Shown: one piece after another, positions 28,001 to 41,119 of the stretch
Numbering within the stretch: the first letter of the stretch is position 1
Layout: each line of letters opens with the position of its first letter
NCBI GenBank assembly: GCA_033442325.1
Contig: JAWQFM010000016.1
Span: 254,097 to 318,096 of the forward strand
DNA length: 64,000 bases
Origin: Salpingoeca rosetta
Taxonomy: Eukaryota > Protista > Choanoflagellata
Direction of reading: 5' to 3'
Made by a program: the position numbers and the translations under genes
The notes under the pieces: model-generated
Databases searched by the model: none
What the model was told of the DNA's origin: nothing
Seen by the model: only the letters and a program-made list of their open reading frames with translations

Positions 28001-30353
28001 ATGAATGTGTGTGTGTGTATGAATGTGTGTGTGTGCATATCTGCAGCCCTCCCCTCAGCCCGTGTGTGCATGGGTACCAGCTGCTCCCTCACGCTTGTTC
28101 TTGCATTCACAGAGCTGCAGTTCCCATCCTCGCTGTCGTCCTTCGAGCGCAAGTACATTCACCACTATGCCCCCAAACATGGCTTCATCACCAAGAGCTA
28201 CGGCAAAGGAGACAGCAGGTGTGTGTATGTATGTGTGTCTGTGTGTGCGCAACTGTGTGACTTCTATGAACACATCTCTCTTCGCCTCGCCTCTGCACCT
28301 ATGGCTACGCCCGTTTGTTTGGCTTGCCCCCCCCCCCTTCCCGTGCGCCATATGGGCCCACACTGCACCACCACCACTCCTTGCCTTCTTGGTAGACACA
28401 TCATGATCCGCAAGCCGAAGAACGCGGCCGCAGAGCACGAGTACATGCTCACGCTGGACCCAAAGGTGGCCTCCTATGCCACGGTCAACGCGCCGCCTTT
28501 ATCTGAGGACGATGACGACCTCGTGCGAAAGGGGATGCCTCTCGCCTCAAACAAGAAGACGTGGTAAGCAACGGCGCTCGCCAGAGTTGCTGCCCCTCCG
28601 CTCGCGTATCTGGCACTGTAGCTTCTTTACACCTCTCCCCCTCTTCCCCACCACTTATCTTGTCCCATGATGCTTCTCTCACGTGCGACTGCTCGGTGCA
28701 TGGCATTGCTGGCTTTCGCTTCCTTCGCCTTTAGGACCAAGGGCAGTCGCGCGGGCCCAAAGTGCATTGTGCCGCCAGAGCCCAAGACGCCCAAGCAATT
28801 CAGGGTGAGAGCACACATTATGCATGCATGCATTCAGGCAGGCAGCCACTTGTCTTTGACTGATGGAGTGTCACAACAGTCAACAGCAACAGCAGCAGCA
28901 GCAACGCCAACAGTAGTTTCAACGCTCACATTGTTGCTTGTTCCATCCCCAAACGCGCCCGCGCACACACACACACACACACGCACGCACGCACACACAC
29001 CAACACCAACAGGAGTTCCAGCAGCGACTGCCTGCTGCTGCCCACGAGCAAGAACTGTTGGAGCTGCTGCAACATGAACAGGTCATCTCAATCGTGACGG
29101 TGGCAAATGGTGGCGGCTGATGGTGTTGTTGCCTAGAAGTGATCACATGTTGCTGTTGTTTCGAATCATGTGTGCCACCAGCATTACGGACATACACACA
29201 CACACTCACTCACTCACTCACACACACACACTCACTCACACACTCACTCCCCCGGTGCTGTCGTGGCAGGTTGTGCTTGTGAGTGGCGAGACGGGCTGTG
29301 GAAAGACAACGCAAGTGCCGCAGTTTGTCATGCGTGATGCCGCAGCAAGGTGAGACGATGTCGCACGTCATTGTGCGCATCCCGTGATTGTGCTGTTTCT
29401 CTCATCACTTCACCTATACCTGGACACACAACACACAAGGTCTCACGCAACAAGCTGTCATACACAACGCAACATCCCCCACTTAACACACACACACAAC
29501 AACAACAACAACAGCAACAACAACTCTAACTCCCCTCATCCCTCGTTCTCCCGCCGTGCGTGCATGCATACACCAGAGACATGCCGTGCACCATCCTGTG
29601 CAGCCAGCCGCGCCGCATATCTGCCATGTCTGTTGCAAAGCGCGTGGCCCAGGAGTGGGGCTGCAGACTCGGGAGCACTGTCGGATACCACGTCAGGCTC
29701 GGTAGGCTGACGTATTTGTGCATGTGTATGTGTGGTGTGAGTATTTGTGTGTGTGGTGGGTGTGCTTGTTTGCGTGTGGTGTGGCGTGTGAGCTTGTGCT
29801 CTGTGTGAGCTTGTGCTCTGTATGTGCTTGTGCTCTGTGTGAGCTTGTGCTCTGTGTGTGTGTGTGTGTGGGGGGGGGGGGCGTGCTATATGTTGCTTCA
29901 TAACCCTCATTGTGTCTGTGTGCACGTGGTGCTGTACAGAGAGCAAGGCTGGCGCTGAGACGAACCTTGCCTTCTGCACGACGGGGTGGCTGCTGCAACG
30001 CGTCATCACCGACATCACGCTCAAGAACATCACGCACGTCGTCCTGGACGAAATCCACGAGCGAGACAGATTCAGGTGGGGCTGCTGTTCGTTTGTTGCA
30101 CTACAGCTTGACGTAGTGTGTGTGTGTGTGTGTGTTGTGTATGTGTGTGTGTGTGTTCACAAGACCTGCATCGCACTCCCATGTCTCACACCATCACCAC
30201 CACCACCACCACCACCATCACCACCACCAGTGACTTCCTGCTCGTGTGTATGCGCAAATGTCTCGAGCTCCGCCCGGACATTCGTCTCGTCCTCATGAGT
30301 GCTACCCTCCACTCAGACCTCTTCACAGACGTCAGTCGTGTGTTGTTGCGAAC

Positions 30354-30397
<44 letters not shown>

Positions 30398-32153
30398 ATG
30401 CCTGTGTGTATGTGCGTATGTGTGTATGTGTGTATGTGTGTATGTGTGTGTGCGTACTTGCCCTGCCAACACCCTTCCTCCCTCAACTTACCTCCTGCTT
30501 CCGTTACCACAACACCAACAACACACCGCCACCGCCACCGCCACCACCGCCGCTGCGCCAATGCACCACAGTACTTTGGCGGGTGCCCGCGCGTGCACAT
30601 GCAGGGGATTGCGTACCCTGTCGAGGACGTGTTTCTCGGCGGTGTCCTCAGTCGCCTCGGCCGAACCATGGGCGTGACGCAAGGTACACATTTACATGTG
30701 TACACGCACGCACACGCACACACACGCACACACATACACACCCATACACACACACGTACATGTGCAGTCTGATGCTGTTGCTGCTGCTGCTGCTGTCGTG
30801 GTTTGTATTGGGCGATATGGCAAGATGCCAGTGTCAAGTCGCTGTTCACTCACACCTGTGTGTATGTGCGTGTGTGTATTTGCGCAGGCGACATTGAGAA
30901 CCAGGCATCGTGCCCTGATGTCATTCCAGAACTTGACGAGGTGCAAACCAGTGCTTTGTTTAACTTAAACCGCACACATACACACATACACACATACACA
31001 CATACACACACACAACACTCACACACAACGCTCACTCACCTCTGCTTCTCTTTTTCGTGCAGTTGATTGAGCACGGGTGGCACACGGAGGGCGAGGAGTA
31101 CGCGGACAACGTCAAACGCATCATGCACCATCTCGTCATCACCGACGTTGACGCAGTCAACTACCGGTCCGCAACCAATGCGATGCCATGTGCACGCACG
31201 CACATGCACATACATATGCACATATGTACACATGCACATGCACAGATGTTCACACACATGCACAGATGTACACGTATATACACATGCACATGCACGTGAC
31301 GCTGACACTATCGCACTGCATGTACCTCTTTCTCTCATCTAATTCACCACCACCACCACTCCGACTACCACCACTACTGCCTCGTCTGCGTGTTTGTCTC
31401 CACCTGTCAGCCATTCACGGACGGGCGTGTCGGTGCTGATGTTGGCAGCGGCCAAAGGCGATGCGGAGACCGTCGACATGCTGCAGCGCCTTGGTGCAGT
31501 GCCCCTGCTCGTGCTTGCAGGCACACTTGTTCCAGCGCAATTACACACATACACATATACGCATGCACACATACACACATACACCTACATACACACACAT
31601 ACGCATGCATACGCATGCACCCACATTCACACAGATACACGCACACGCTGTGCGTGTTGGCCTCCCTCTCTTCTCGCCAACACCACTCCTAACTTGCTTG
31701 CTCTTGTTCCTTGTTGCATTGCATTGCATCAGGTGCCCGCCACGACACCGCTTGCACGACAAACGGATGGACGGCTGCACAGTTTGCCCGAAACTTTGCA
31801 TTTGAGGACCTTGCTGTGAAACTCGATGACACTTCCGGTGACGCCCTCTCGCTGGTGAGACACAAGCGCGTGTGTTTGCACGTGGTAATGTGTCTGTGTC
31901 TGTGATCATGTGAATGCGTGTGCTATATGCCATTGCTTTTCTCTGTCTCTGTCTCTCTCTCTGCGTCTCTGTACTTCCCTCACTCAGTTTGCGCGCGCGT
32001 GTATGCTTTCATATTCCTCCATATGTGTGTGTGTGCGTGTGTGTGTGCGTGTGTGTTTTCAGGATCCTGAGGCACGATTTGAGCAGGCGCTCGTGAGCGC
32101 ATATGAGAAGCGTCGCGGACTCGGAAAAGTGGAGGAGGTGCGAACGTTGGCCA

Positions 32154-32193
<40 letters not shown>

Positions 32194-32825
32194 AGCTGCT
32201 TGCTTGCGTTCACTCGCGTGCTACATCTCCCTCTCGCCTTTGGCATGACACAGTTGTTTGTCGCTTCTGCACACCCCAACCTTACTCTCTCATTGACATT
32301 GCCTCCATCTTCATGGCACTTGATGGCACGTTGGCCATTGATGCCTGCATGCATGCCCAACACCAGCTGGACTATGAGCTGATGGCGGACTTGATTGAGA
32401 CGATTGTCAAGGACGAACCAAAGGGACCCGGGGCCATCCTCGTCTTCCTCCCAGGTGTGAACACGCCTGTACGTGTGTTTGAGGTGTGGATGTTGTTGTT
32501 CGGTGTGGACGTTGTCGTGCAAACAGAAAGGCGCATACTGCTGTTAACACTTCGCGGCATTCAATCATTCACACACACACACATATACACACACGCGCAC
32601 GCACGCACGCACGCACGCACACGCACGCACTCGCACGCACGCACACACACACACACAACGATACCAGGCCATGCCGAGATCACGGCAATGCGTGCTGCGT
32701 GCTGGGATTTGGAGCACCGAATCGGCAAAAAGTTTATGATTGTTCGTCTCCACTCGTCGTGCACTCTCCGCGAACAGCAGTCCGCATTCCAGCGCCCGCC
32801 CAAGGTGCCGGGCACTGTGTATTGT

Positions 32826-32895
<70 letters not shown>

Positions 32896-33314
32896 GTGCG
32901 TACATGGGTCACCTCCTCATCTTTTCAGCGTGGTACGCACGTGCGTTCTGTTGTATTAATTGACGAACAAACGCAAACAAAGCGCCGCCCAGCCGCGTCT
33001 GCTCTTCTTCTAATCACCTCACCTGCCACCTTTCCTGCCACCCCATCTCCACCACACAGGGCAAGGTGAAAATTGTGCTGTCGACCAACATTGCGGAGAC
33101 GAGCGTGACAATTGATGATGTCGTGTACGTCATTGACTCCGGTCGCATGAAGGAAAAGGTATGTCGTTTGATGTGATGTGACCGTGACCCAACGAAACGT
33201 GCATCTACTTCTGCACGTGTATGTGTGTGTTTGTTTGTGTGTGCGTGTGTGTGTTTGTGTGTGCGTGTGTGTGTGTGTCCTGTGTGCAGCGTTCGTCACC
33301 CACCCTAAACACTT

Positions 33315-33403
<89 letters not shown>

Positions 33404-34363
33404 CGCACGCACACACACACACACCGACACACTCTCTCTCTCTCTTTCTGTCTATGTCTCTCGGTCTCCATAACCCCCCCCCCCCGCCATCCTTGTACCT
33501 GTTGCTGGTGTGTAGTCGTTTGACACGGTGACGGGCGTGAACACGCTGATGACGGTGTGGGCGTCAAAGGCGAACTCCACACAGCGCCGCGGCCGTGCCG
33601 GGCGGTGTCAGCCTGGCGTGTGCTACCACATGTTCAGTCGCGAAACATTCTCGTATCTGGACGATTTCCAGCGGCCTGAGATGCTTCGTGTCTCATTGGA
33701 GGACCTGTGTCTCAATGCCCGCACCCTCACAACGTCCACCATCGAGGTGTGCATGGCATTGTGTCGTGTCGTGTCGTGTTATGTTGTGTTGTGTTGTGTT
33801 GTGTTGTGTTGTGTTGTGTTGTTTGGTTGCTCCTTGTTCGTTCGTTCGTTCGTTCGTTCGTTCGTTCGTTCGTTCGTTCGTTCGTTCGTTCGTTCGTTCG
33901 TTCCTTTCTGCCTTGGATCGGTTTGTGGGTTGCGGGTTTCACACTGCTGCAAACATGCTCACCTTTCATGTCTTGATGTCATATGACCGCAATGTTGTCC
34001 AGTCCTTCCTCAACGAAGCACCGGAGCCGCCGTCCAGTCGCGCAATCGGCCACGCCGTGCAGTACTTGAAGGTGTGACACATGTGTCTTTGTGAGCTGGA
34101 AAATTGTGCGTTCACATGCCACACTCATTTCATACCTTTACATTCATGATGCACTCTCATACTTGGAATCACACGCACTCACTCACATACACTCACACTC
34201 TCTTCGCCAGCACATTCAAGCTCTGGACAAGAGCGAGCGGCTGACTGTCTTTGGGCAGCGGCTGTGCCAGCTCTCCCTCGAGCCACGTACGCCATACTTT
34301 TGTGTGTGTGTGTGTGTGTGTGTGAGTGAGTGCATGCGTGCGTGCGTGCGTGTGAGTGCATGC

Positions 34364-34440
<77 letters not shown>

Positions 34441-34473
34441 CATGCGTGCGTGTGTGTGTGAGAGCATGCGTGC

Positions 34474-34504
<31 letters not shown>

Positions 34505-35366
34505 CAAGTGGAGTTGCTTTTGCGTCGCTCATACCACCTCGAATATGCACACATCGATGTATGGAACTCACCAACAACCATGCTATCACCCACACCAACC
34601 GATGGCCCGTCCCCCGCCCCCCGCCCCCACTCCACAGCACTTGCCCGCATGGTGCTGCTCGCTGTGCACATGGGCTGTCTGGACCCCATCCTCACACTCT
34701 GCTGCATCCGCTCGCATCGCAGTCCCCTCCGTCTCCCCATCGACCCGGCCCAGCGGGTGCGCGCATGTGTCGTGTGGAGGGAAGGGGCAAGCGGAGCGTG
34801 CGCGTATTGTGTGTTGTGTGTTGTGTTGTGTTGTGTTGTGTTGTGTTGTGTTGTGTTGTGTTGTGTTGTGTTGTGTTGTGTTGTGTGTGCGTTAAACTTT
34901 GTGTGCATCTCCCACCATTGCCAACCGCCACCACCGTCGTCGTCGTCCTGGTTTCAGAGCGAGGCAAAGAAGGCGCACAAGCAGCTGGCGCAGGGCCAGC
35001 ACAGCGATCACTTTGCCCTCATATCCGCTGTTGCCCGATACCACCAAGCAAGGATGAAGGTCTGAACTCACGTGTTTGTTGGGTCGTGTATTTCATGTGT
35101 GTATGTGTGCTTGTGTGTGTGTGAGCGTACTTGTGAGGAATTCGTCTTCGTCCTCCATTCGCCCTGATCTCTTGTGCCTCCGTTCACGCGTAAATGTGTT
35201 GCTGTTTGTGCCCGCAACGCTCTGTGATGTTGCAGGGGTCGGCACGGCAGTTTTGTGAGCGGTTTTATCTACATGAGAGCACGCTGGAGACCATCGAAGG
35301 TAACATCACGAGGCTAACACACACACACACAGCCATGCACACACACAGCCATGCACACACACACAT

Positions 35367-35437
<71 letters not shown>

Positions 35438-37942
35438 TGACAGCGTTCGCATTTGCTGGCACTGACACTTTCTCACGGAGACACGTGTGTGCCTCCAAAC
35501 CTGCACATGCATGTGCGCTCATGCGTGTACATGCATGCATGTGTGTGCGATGGTGAAACAGGCATGAAGCAGCAAATTACCAACCAGCTGCGGCGCATGA
35601 TTCTCCACACGCGTGATGACATGGAGGTCTGTGTGTATGTGTGTATGTGTGTGCATGTGTGTGCGTGTGTATGTGTGTGCGTGTGTGTGCATGTGTGTGT
35701 GTGTGCATCACGTCTCATCACTGCGTAACTTCGTCAATTCCGCCTTCCCTGTGCTGGCACGTGTTCCGCCTCACGCATATCATGTGTACGTGCTTGTGTG
35801 CGTGTGTGCTATTTAATCGCCAGACGGCTGACGCCAACGCCAACTCGTGGCCAGTGGTGCTGGCGTGTCTCGTTGCCGGCGCGTATCCAAACCTCGCCCG
35901 CCGCAACCCGGGCCAGCAGACGTGAGACCACTTGATGCAGCGCTGTTACTTGTGTGGCAGTCATCACACAGATGCACCTTGCACACACACGCACACACAC
36001 GCACACGCACACACACATATGCACACATGCACACAAGCTCTGTCTCCCTCTCACTGCTCTGTCTGCCTCGCTGTTTGGTTTCGCTCGCACATGTACACAC
36101 ATACACCATCGTGTCGCAACGGCAGGTACGCCACGAGGTTTCAGCGAAAGGCGAAAGTGCGCAGCGAATCGTCTGTGTCGTCAGCAAAGCCTGCACGCAA
36201 CCAGGGCTGGCTCATCTTCGACGAAATCACCAGGCTTGGCGGCGCAACCCTCCTTGACACTGTATGTGTGCGTGTGTGTGCGAGTGTGTGTGTGTGTGTG
36301 TTGCGCTGAGGGTGTGTGTGTGTTTGCATGTGTGTGTATGTGCGTTTGTGTGGGAGTGCATGTAACTGCAAGACAATACGCTGGTTCGCGACTGACCCAA
36401 CGCTCTCGACACAACTGCGCTTGCTTTGGTGTGATGTTCAGTGCACGCTTGTTCCCGCTGAGTTTGTGTACATGTTCAACAGCCAACCTGGCCACGACCT
36501 TGACCCAACACCAGGTGAATGCCACTGCTACATCGATGCACAGCTGCACTGTTGTGATTTGTATGGCTGTACTGTTGTACTCGCTGACTTGGTGCTGAAT
36601 CCCTTCAAATTGCTCTTCACTGCGACTGAAAAAGAGCCAACACACACACACACACACACAAATCACACGCGAACGCGCAGTCAACTCAGAGGAGGACGAT
36701 GATGACGATGATGATGATGATGGTGGTAGTTTGGGCGCAAAGGCAACCGCTGCTGGTGCTGAGGAGAATGAGACGCCGTGCAACGTGCATGTGGACGATT
36801 GGGCCACCATCCTCACCACCATGGAGACTGTTGGGCTTCTCGCCGATGTACGCAACACGTGGCTGGCCTTCACCATCCATGCGGGGGCTGCATCGGACTT
36901 CAGCGCCACTGCCCCACTGCTGCGCGTGCTCGAGCGGTTTGTTCACGTGGTGAGCGAGGTGTGCGCGCTTCCATCGCTGGTTGTGAACGTGTTTGAAGCG
37001 CCCCCACTCCCCGTGCAAGCGACGAGGCGTGGTCGCCACCTCCGCGATGGTCAAAGCAAGCAACCCACCTCGCATGCACAGCAACAGCATCACCACCACC
37101 ACCAGCATCATCATCAGCACCACCACCACCAGTACCAGCCTCATCAGCACCATCAGAAGCAGCAGCACGGCCATCATCACGGTCGTGGCCACGACCGCCA
37201 CGACCGCCATCAGCACCGCCACCAACAGGACCAGGCGCCGCACACGTCTGAGCGCGGGCGCGGCGGACGTGAGCGTGAACGTCGGCGTGGACGAGGTGGC
37301 ATGCACCGGCAGGGTTCGCTGGACCAGGACGAGGCAGGCAAGCAGCTCTATGTTCCCCACCAGAACAAGCAGCAGCACGGCAAAAAGGGTGGCGCTGGTG
37401 AAGACAATAGCACACTGTCGGGGAAACAGCTCATGCTCAAACTCCAACAGCGCCCAGAACAACAACAACACCATCAACGGCAACGTCACCAGCAGCAGGA
37501 CGATGCAGGGGCGAACCTGTTGTTTGCGCTGCAAGCTCACCAGCCCGTGTCGTCGCCGCCTCAACCCGCCACAGCCAAGGCGCCAAACGCCACTCGAAGC
37601 CGGGGTAGTGGCCGTGGCGGTCGTGGTGGTCGTGGCGGTCGTGGTGGTCGTGGTGGTGCTCGCATGCGGGGTGAAAAGCAGCATGGTCAGCAGCGGCATC
37701 GGCAACAGCAGCAGCCAGCGCCGTTTCAGCCTTACTTTCCGACTTGGCCAGCGCACCACGCTGATCCGGCCATGATGCCACCCGCGCATCATCAACAACA
37801 GTGGCAGCAACCAGGGCAGCAGCAGGGTGCTGATGACGCCGCTGCCATGGCTGCTTACTACTACGGACAGCAGCCAGGACAGCAAGCTGGCATGTACGGC
37901 CAACACCCAGACTACCAAGGCTACTACTACCCACCACAGTGA
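27715..37942 (+). CDS. YTHDC2: YTHDC2-like DExH RNA helicase (R3H, RecA1, ankyrin insert, RecA2, HA2/OB, low-complexity tail; no YTH domain seen)
   Basis: R3[31 protein letters not shown]. Motifs [62 protein letters not shown]. Ankyrin insert [30 protein letters not shown] matches the YTHDC2-type insert. Confidence 0.88.
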
Positions 37943-38423
37943 CACTCTGTGTGGGTGTGTACGAATGTTGTTGTCTGTGCCTGTGTCGGTGTGGGTGCGA
38001 TTGTGCGTGTGATGAGGAAGCGCGTGTGTATGTGTTCGTTCGCTCGACATGTCATCTTTGAGTTGAATCACGGCCCGCACGATGTCTGAATGTCGTGTGC
38101 TGTGACATGTCATGCACTTGCTGCCCTCAGCTCGCCCTGCTCTTCTTTGGGCGCCTCAAGCTCTCTTCGTTGTCATGGTGCAAGTAATTTGTGGGTTTGT
38201 TGGCTGTTTACTACTGGGTGTGCTTCGGCTAAGGCGAGCACGTCAAGTCGGGCGGCTCAGGACACGCACATACAGACGGGCACAGACACAAGACCCCACT
38301 GCGTCACATCACATCACATCATGTCACATCACATCAAACAAGCAAACAGAGATATAGAGGACTGCCTGTAATGCAACTACACAGCCCAAGAACAGACGCA
38401 TGGGCCATTGTGCAGGCATTCAT

Positions 38424-38945
38424 TCACGACTGCGTGCGGAGGTTGGGGTGGTGGAAGCACTGAGTGCGGAACAGCTTGCGCGGGTGGTTGCCGTAGCCGC
38501 CCATGCTGCGGTGCATGCACGTCTTGTTGTCCCACAGCACGAGATCGCCCTTGGTCCACTTGTGGTAGTACACGTACGGCTCCCTGTCGAGGTGGGCGAG
38601 CACGCGGCCGATGATGTCGCGCGACTCCTCCTTGGTCTTGCCCTTGATCGTGACGTTGCCGTTTCCAGGGTACAGCGACTCGATGCCGGACTCGTCGTGG
38701 TTGAAGATGATGGAGTGCAGGGCCACGGGGAAGCGCTCGTCGTCCTCCTTCAGGCTGGAGAAGTCCGGGATCTTGCGGGCATCCACCTCAATCTGCAGGC
38801 CCTCGAGCTCCTTGCGCAGCTCGGGATCCATCTGCTGCAGCGCAAGCACCGTGTCGGCAAAACCCGTGTCGCCGCCCTCCTCTGGCACAATCACAGAGTA
38901 AAGGAAGTTCATCACGTACTCGCGGGGCGCAACCCAGAAGTTGCC
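38424..38945 (-). CDS. TauD/TfdA-family Fe(II)/2-oxoglutarate dioxygenase, C-terminal exon only (5' part with HxD not found)
   Basis: PEEGGDTGFAD, YHKWTKGDLVLWDNKTCMHR, RKLFRT. Preceded by a good acceptor ttcacag at 38947-38946. Confidence 0.8.
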   Translation of the reverse strand, partial: GNFWVAPREYVMNFLYSVIVPEEGGDTGFADTVLALQQMDPELRKELEGLQIEVDARKIPDFSSLKEDDERFPVALHSIIFNHDESGIESLYPGNGNVTIKGKTKEESRDIIGRVLAHLDREPYVYYHKWTKGDLVLWDNKTCMHRSMGGYGNHPRKLFRTQCFHHPNLRTQS

Positions 38946-38947
38946 CT

Positions 38948-41119
38948 GTGAAGCATAGTAAACAGCAACAGCGGATCGCACCGGTGCGAGGCAGCCAGTG
39001 GAGGGAGGATGCCGAGATCATTGCCGGCTCTCATGCCACGTCGCTGGCAGAGCCGCCGGCTGTGTCCCTGCGGTGGAAGGACCTGCGTGTGGTGTCGGCC
39101 AAGGGCAGCAAGCCGTTGCTGCGTGGCGTGAGCGGCGTGGCGCAGCCAGGGTGCATCACGGGGGTGGTGGGCGCGAGCGGTAGCGGCAAGACGGTGCTGC
39201 TGCGCACGCTGGCGGGCCACTCGGTTGGCATTGTGTGGGAGGCTGGGGAGATTGTGGTTGGCGACGTGCCCGTGCAGGCGCTGCGGGAGGAGAACAAGGC
39301 GGCGGTGCTGTCGTTTCTGCCGACGGCGGCCCCGATCCGCGGCGACCTGTCTGTGGAGGACAACATCAACTACTGCGGGGCGCTGCTGCTGACCAACGCC
39401 ACAGAGGACGAGTACAGCCAGGCCCTGGAGGAGACGCTGGAGGGGCTGATGCTGACCGATGTCCGCCACCAGAAGGCTGCGTCCCTGAGCCAAGGACAGG
39501 CGCTGCGGATGCGCCTTGCACAGCTGATGATTGCGCCGACGCGCATTGTGCTGCTGGACGACCCGCTGCGCGGCATTGACGAGGCCGCCGGCGTGCGCAT
39601 CCTCAAGTATCTCAAACGGGTGGCACAGGAGAAGCAGATTGCTGTGGTGTGCGCGGTGGGCACGGCGACTTCACTCGTCTCTGCCGTGCTGGACACCACG
39701 CTGGAACTGGAGAGCGGCCGTGTGCAGGATGACTTGGAGCGTGCTGGCAACACGCACAACACAATCAACAGCAGCAGCACACACAACAACAACAGCAACA
39801 GCACACACAACAAATGCGATATGAACGGGGTGAACGGAAAGACCAACGACAAGCAGCACGCGGCAGGCGCAGAGACAGCAAGTTCTTTGCCCACAACTGC
39901 AAAGGCAGCTGGTGTTGGCCTGGCGCAGCTTGAGGCGCTGCACCGCCCGGTTGCGTCTGTGAAGCAGCAAGTGCACAGCCTTGCGCTGCTGTACATGAAA
40001 GAGGAGTCACCGCGTGCCCTGAACAAGTACAAGGCGGTTGTTGCGATTGGGCTGGGCCTGGTGACGGGAATTCTGTGGTTTGGGGTTGGTGTTGAGGAGG
40101 ACCGGCGCTCGTTTGGGGAGACGGTGAGCCTGCTGTTTGCGGCCATGATCACGTGGATCATTGCCTTTGTGTACCCGGCTGCCGCTGGGGTGAAGAGCCA
40201 GTACCTGCTGCTGCGGCAGGACGTGTCTGGCCACTTCTACTCGTACTGGCTGCGGCTGGTGGTGTGGACGGTGTTTGACTTTGCGGTGCTGGCGGTGTGG
40301 CCGATTGTGTTTGGCACAATCACGTTTACGCTTGCATACGTGGGCGCTGACTGGGAGAGCAACCTGACGAAGAGCTTCATCCTCGCGCTTGCGGCCAACG
40401 TGTTCCACGCACTCGGGCTGCTGCTCGGGGCGGCGATTCCGGACCCCGCGGCAGCCGTTGCCGTGGTGACTGTTGTTGTGCAGGCGATGCTGATGATGGC
40501 TGGGTTCTACCGCACGCTGCCCGACGCGATCCAGTGGCTGCCGAGCGTGATTGGCATCCCGTACTACATCCTGACGGCGCTCATGCGCACGGAGTTCTCT
40601 GCCAACGACTCGTACCGCTGCCATCCGTCGAGGGCGAGCAGCGCCGTGGGTCCGCACGACTGCTACATCGAGACCAACCTGCTGACGGAGGACTACCGGC
40701 AGCGCAACATCCTGTTTGTGCAGTCACCGGAGGCACACGATCCCTCTGAGTGGGCGCTTGTGCTGCCGCTGGTGCTGTTCTACATTGGCATTCGCATTCT
40801 TGGCGCCATCATCCTGCTCCTTCGCATTCGCCGCAAGTTCCGCCTCCACGCTCAGCAGAAGCTGCCCTCGGACCATCGGCGCAGCAGCACGCATGCGAGC
40901 AGCGGTGCTGCGCCCGTGCGTCGCGAGCCAGAGACCAAGGCGCTCATCTCGTGTACTCACAGCAATGGCACGGCGACGGAAAACGGCCACTGCACCAAGC
41001 AGCGCCCCAGCCACCACCAGCGTCGCGCGTCCCAGAAGCAGCTGCTCCTGGAGGATGAAGCCAATGGGGACGCAATGGACGGGTTTAGCGGCCCGCACAC
41101 GGACGTGTCGACCGTGTAG
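38948..41119 (+). CDS. ABCG-type half transporter (NBD then TMD), intronless, degenerate NBD, true start not visible
   Basis: LRWKDL, LLRGVSG, Walker A GASGSGKT, SLSQGQ, IVLLDDP, then about six hydrophobic helices. The ORF opens with GTG; the first in-frame ATG lies well past Walker A. Confidence 0.85.
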   Translation: MKHSKQQQRIAPVRGSQWREDAEIIAGSHATSLAEPPAVSLRWKDLRVVSAKGSKPLLRGVSGVAQPGCITGVVGASGSGKTVLLRTLAGHSVGIVWEAGEIVVGDVPVQALREENKAAVLSFLPTAAPIRGDLSVEDNINYCGALLLTNATEDEYSQALEETLEGLMLTDVRHQKAASLSQGQALRMRLAQLMIAPTRIVLLDDPLRGIDEAAGVRILKYLKRVAQEKQIAVVCAVGTATSLVSAVLDTTLELESGRVQDDLERAGNTHNTINSSSTHNNNSNSTHNKCDMNGVNGKTNDKQHAAGAETASSLPTTAKAAGVGLAQLEALHRPVASVKQQVHSLALLYMKEESPRALNKYKAVVAIGLGLVTGILWFGVGVEEDRRSFGETVSLLFAAMITWIIAFVYPAAAGVKSQYLLLRQDVSGHFYSYWLRLVVWTVFDFAVLAVWPIVFGTITFTLAYVGADWESNLTKSFILALAANVFHALGLLLGAAIPDPAAAVAVVTVVVQAMLMMAGFYRTLPDAIQWLPSVIGIPYYILTALMRTEFSANDSYRCHPSRASSAVGPHDCYIETNLLTEDYRQRNILFVQSPEAHDPSEWALVLPLVLFYIGIRILGAIILLLRIRRKFRLHAQQKLPSDHRRSSTHASSGAAPVRREPETKALISCTHSNGTATENGHCTKQRPSHHQRRASQKQLLLEDEANGDAMDGFSGPHTDVSTV

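Noticed and set aside
36686-38113. 475-aa hydrophobic -strand ORF
   Set aside because: Antisense shadow of the His/Gln-rich helicase tail.
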